Shown here one piece after another: positions 62,206 to 64,000 of a stretch of DNA of 64,000 nucleotides (the stretch's first letter is position 1; each line of letters opens with the position of its first letter). Location of the stretch: assembly GCA_002269645.1 (NCBI GenBank), contig NIVC01002556.1:1-64000 (forward strand), read 5' to 3'. Position numbers and translations under genes: made by a program. The notes below the pieces were generated by a model, which worked only from the letters and a program-made list of their open reading frames with translations, ran no database searches and was not told the DNA's origin. Origin of the DNA: Macrostomum lignano (Eukaryota).

Positions 62206-63394
62206 TCACTGGATCCCGGCCAGGTAATCTTTGATCTCAGAGGGACTCAGCTTCTTGAAGCCATCTTGCTTGCATATGCCGACTTCGATATTGTCCTCAG
62301 TCATCTGGCCCTCGAAGCTCTCCTTCAGCGTCAGGATGGCCGTGTGCACCGCGTCCTCCAGTTCCAGCTCCTCGTTGTACCTGGGCGGAGCGAAGGGAGA
62401 AACAATGGTCTTTTTCATTAATTTTTTATCTCAAAATCTATTCAAGAAAAATTCGGGACCTCTGAGCTACTCAACGATTGCTCAGAATAAATGCCAGCAG
62501 AATTCGGGACCTCTGAGCTACTCAACGATTGCTCAGAATAAATGCCAGCAGAATTCGGGACCTCTGAGCTACTCAACGATTGCTCAGAACAAATGCCAGC
62601 AGAATTCGGGACCTCTGAGCTACTCAACGATTGCTCAGAATGTTGAGCAACCCTTCCGCACTATAAGAGATTCGCTCGCATTTTTTGCTACTCTTCAGTA
62701 GGCAATCATTTCTCCAAAGAGGATTACATTGCGGACTTTAGCTGAAAGCTAAAATATGTTATGACCAGCGAACAAGCGCACCTCTTCTCCAGGAAGGTCT
62801 TCCCATTGACGTGGTTCTTGCCCAGCGCCGTGGACTTCCAGGCAAAGTAGGTGCCGGACGGGTCGGACTGAAACAGCATTGGCCGGTTGGTGTCGCGGTC
62901 CCAGCCAGCCAGCAGCACGGAGATGCCAAAGGGCCGGACGCCACCGCTCTGCGTGAACTCCTGCATGAGGGCGGCCACTCGCTGCACCAGCTGTTCTGGC
63001 GGGATCGCCTCCCCGTAGGCCAGCTGGTAGGCCACAGCGGACCGGCGGGCATCTTGCAGCACTACGCGGAAGTCGGGGCCAAGGCCGCTGTACACCAAGC
63101 CGCAGTGGCTGGTGACGGCCTCGATTCTGCAGGGTGGGCAGTCGGGTGGCGAGGACATAGATTTTACTGCAGAGAGCAGATAAGGGAGCAAAGAATTGAT
63201 GCTCACCTGTGCAAAGAGGCGGCATCAATCAGAGCGGAAGAGAACTTCTTCTCCACAGCCAGTACAACACCGTTGGTAGCCTTGATTCCCACACTGGGAG
63301 CGCCGGCCTCCACAGCCTTCAGTGCGTACTCGATCTGCACCAGCTTGCCACTGGGGCTAAATGTAGTCAGTGAGAATCCGTAGCGTTCGGACAT
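62206..63394 (-). CDS. PSMA2: Proteasome subunit alpha type-2; exons 63394-63207, 63126-62782, 62380-62206; 235 aa
   Basis: [80 protein letters not shown]; GT-AG introns in phase. Confidence 0.98.
62450..62639 (+). repeat. 51-bp tandem repeat (about 4 copies) in PSMA2 intron 2
   Basis: GAATTCGGGACCTCTGAGCTACTCAACGATTGCTCAGAATAAATGCCAGCA. Confidence 0.92.
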
Positions 63395-63455
63395 TGCTGT
63401 TGCGAAAGGGAGAAAGCCGCAGCGGGGTCAAGAGAGCGCTCAGTTTGTGCTTTGG

Positions 63456-63741
63456 GTAGCCGGGACTGACAACTAGCCAAATTATGAGTAGCCGGGACTG
63501 ACAACTAGCCAAATTATGAGTAGCCGGGACTGACAACTAGCCAAATTATGAGTAGCCGGGACTGACAACTAGCCAAAATATGAGTAGCCGGGACTGACAA
63601 CTAGCCAAATTATGAGTAGCCGGGACTGACAACTAGCCAAATTATGAGTAGCCAGGACTGACAACTAGCCAAATTATGAGTAGCCAGGACTGACAACTAG
63701 CCAAATTATGAGTAGCCAGGACTGACAACTAGCCAAATTAT
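63456..63741 (+). repeat. 32-bp tandem repeat (about 9 copies) about 60 bp upstream of the PSMA2 start codon
   Basis: GTAGCC(G/A)GGACTGACAACTAGCCAAATTATGA. Confidence 0.95.
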
Positions 63742-64000
63742 AGTAGCAAGTAATGGAAGTATCTAAGTAAACTTACAGTCTCCGGTCATTGCTACACATA
63801 CTACTAATATAGTAGAATGATCTACTATACTATCTTAGGTTTCTGTTGAGTGTGAATTAGAAGCCAAAGACAGATAGCCACAATAGCCAGTTCTAAGTTA
63901 CATAAACACACGCGTATTATATATTTTTAATTTACTTTGCTTCAAGACAATGAATAGCCTGTTAGACAATGAGATAAACAGAGCAAGAGAAAAAAGATAC

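Overview
Eukaryotic (metazoan) genomic DNA with GC-rich exons, AT-rich introns and many minisatellites. This resembles a free-living flatworm such as Macrostomum, but that is inference only. Host genes reconstructed by hand from GT-AG junctions and reading-frame continuity: a Shroom-like ASD2 protein (3' part), a 5-exon 3CxxC zinc-finger (RTP-like) gene, a PP1 glycogen-targeting subunit (PPP1R3/CBM21), a GPI-type protein with two three-finger (Ly6-like) domains, an intronless TTLL7-like polyglutamylase, Smaug/SAMD4, a DD3-3 homolog and proteasome alpha-2 (PSMA2). Mobile elements: a non-coding LTR element with a tRNA-Gln PBS and an almost adenine-free hairpin array (1-3498); two inverted CORE-like tRNA SINEs; a TE nest at 19.3-30 kb (hAT MITE, fold-back duplication, a deleted Gypsy carrying a nested near-intact Gypsy, a Crypton tyrosine recombinase, a Tc1/mariner derivative); and a full-length RNase H-bearing LOA-like LINE with a 13-bp TSD. 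The most striking pattern is that three unrelated genes have introns built from, or beginning with, tandem copies of their own splice junction. In Smaug the intron is an exact chain of seven 33-34 nt GT...AG units. A CpG desert of about 1.65 kb also stands out. Several single-base frameshifts may be assembly errors. No database searches were run; family calls rest on recognised motifs.
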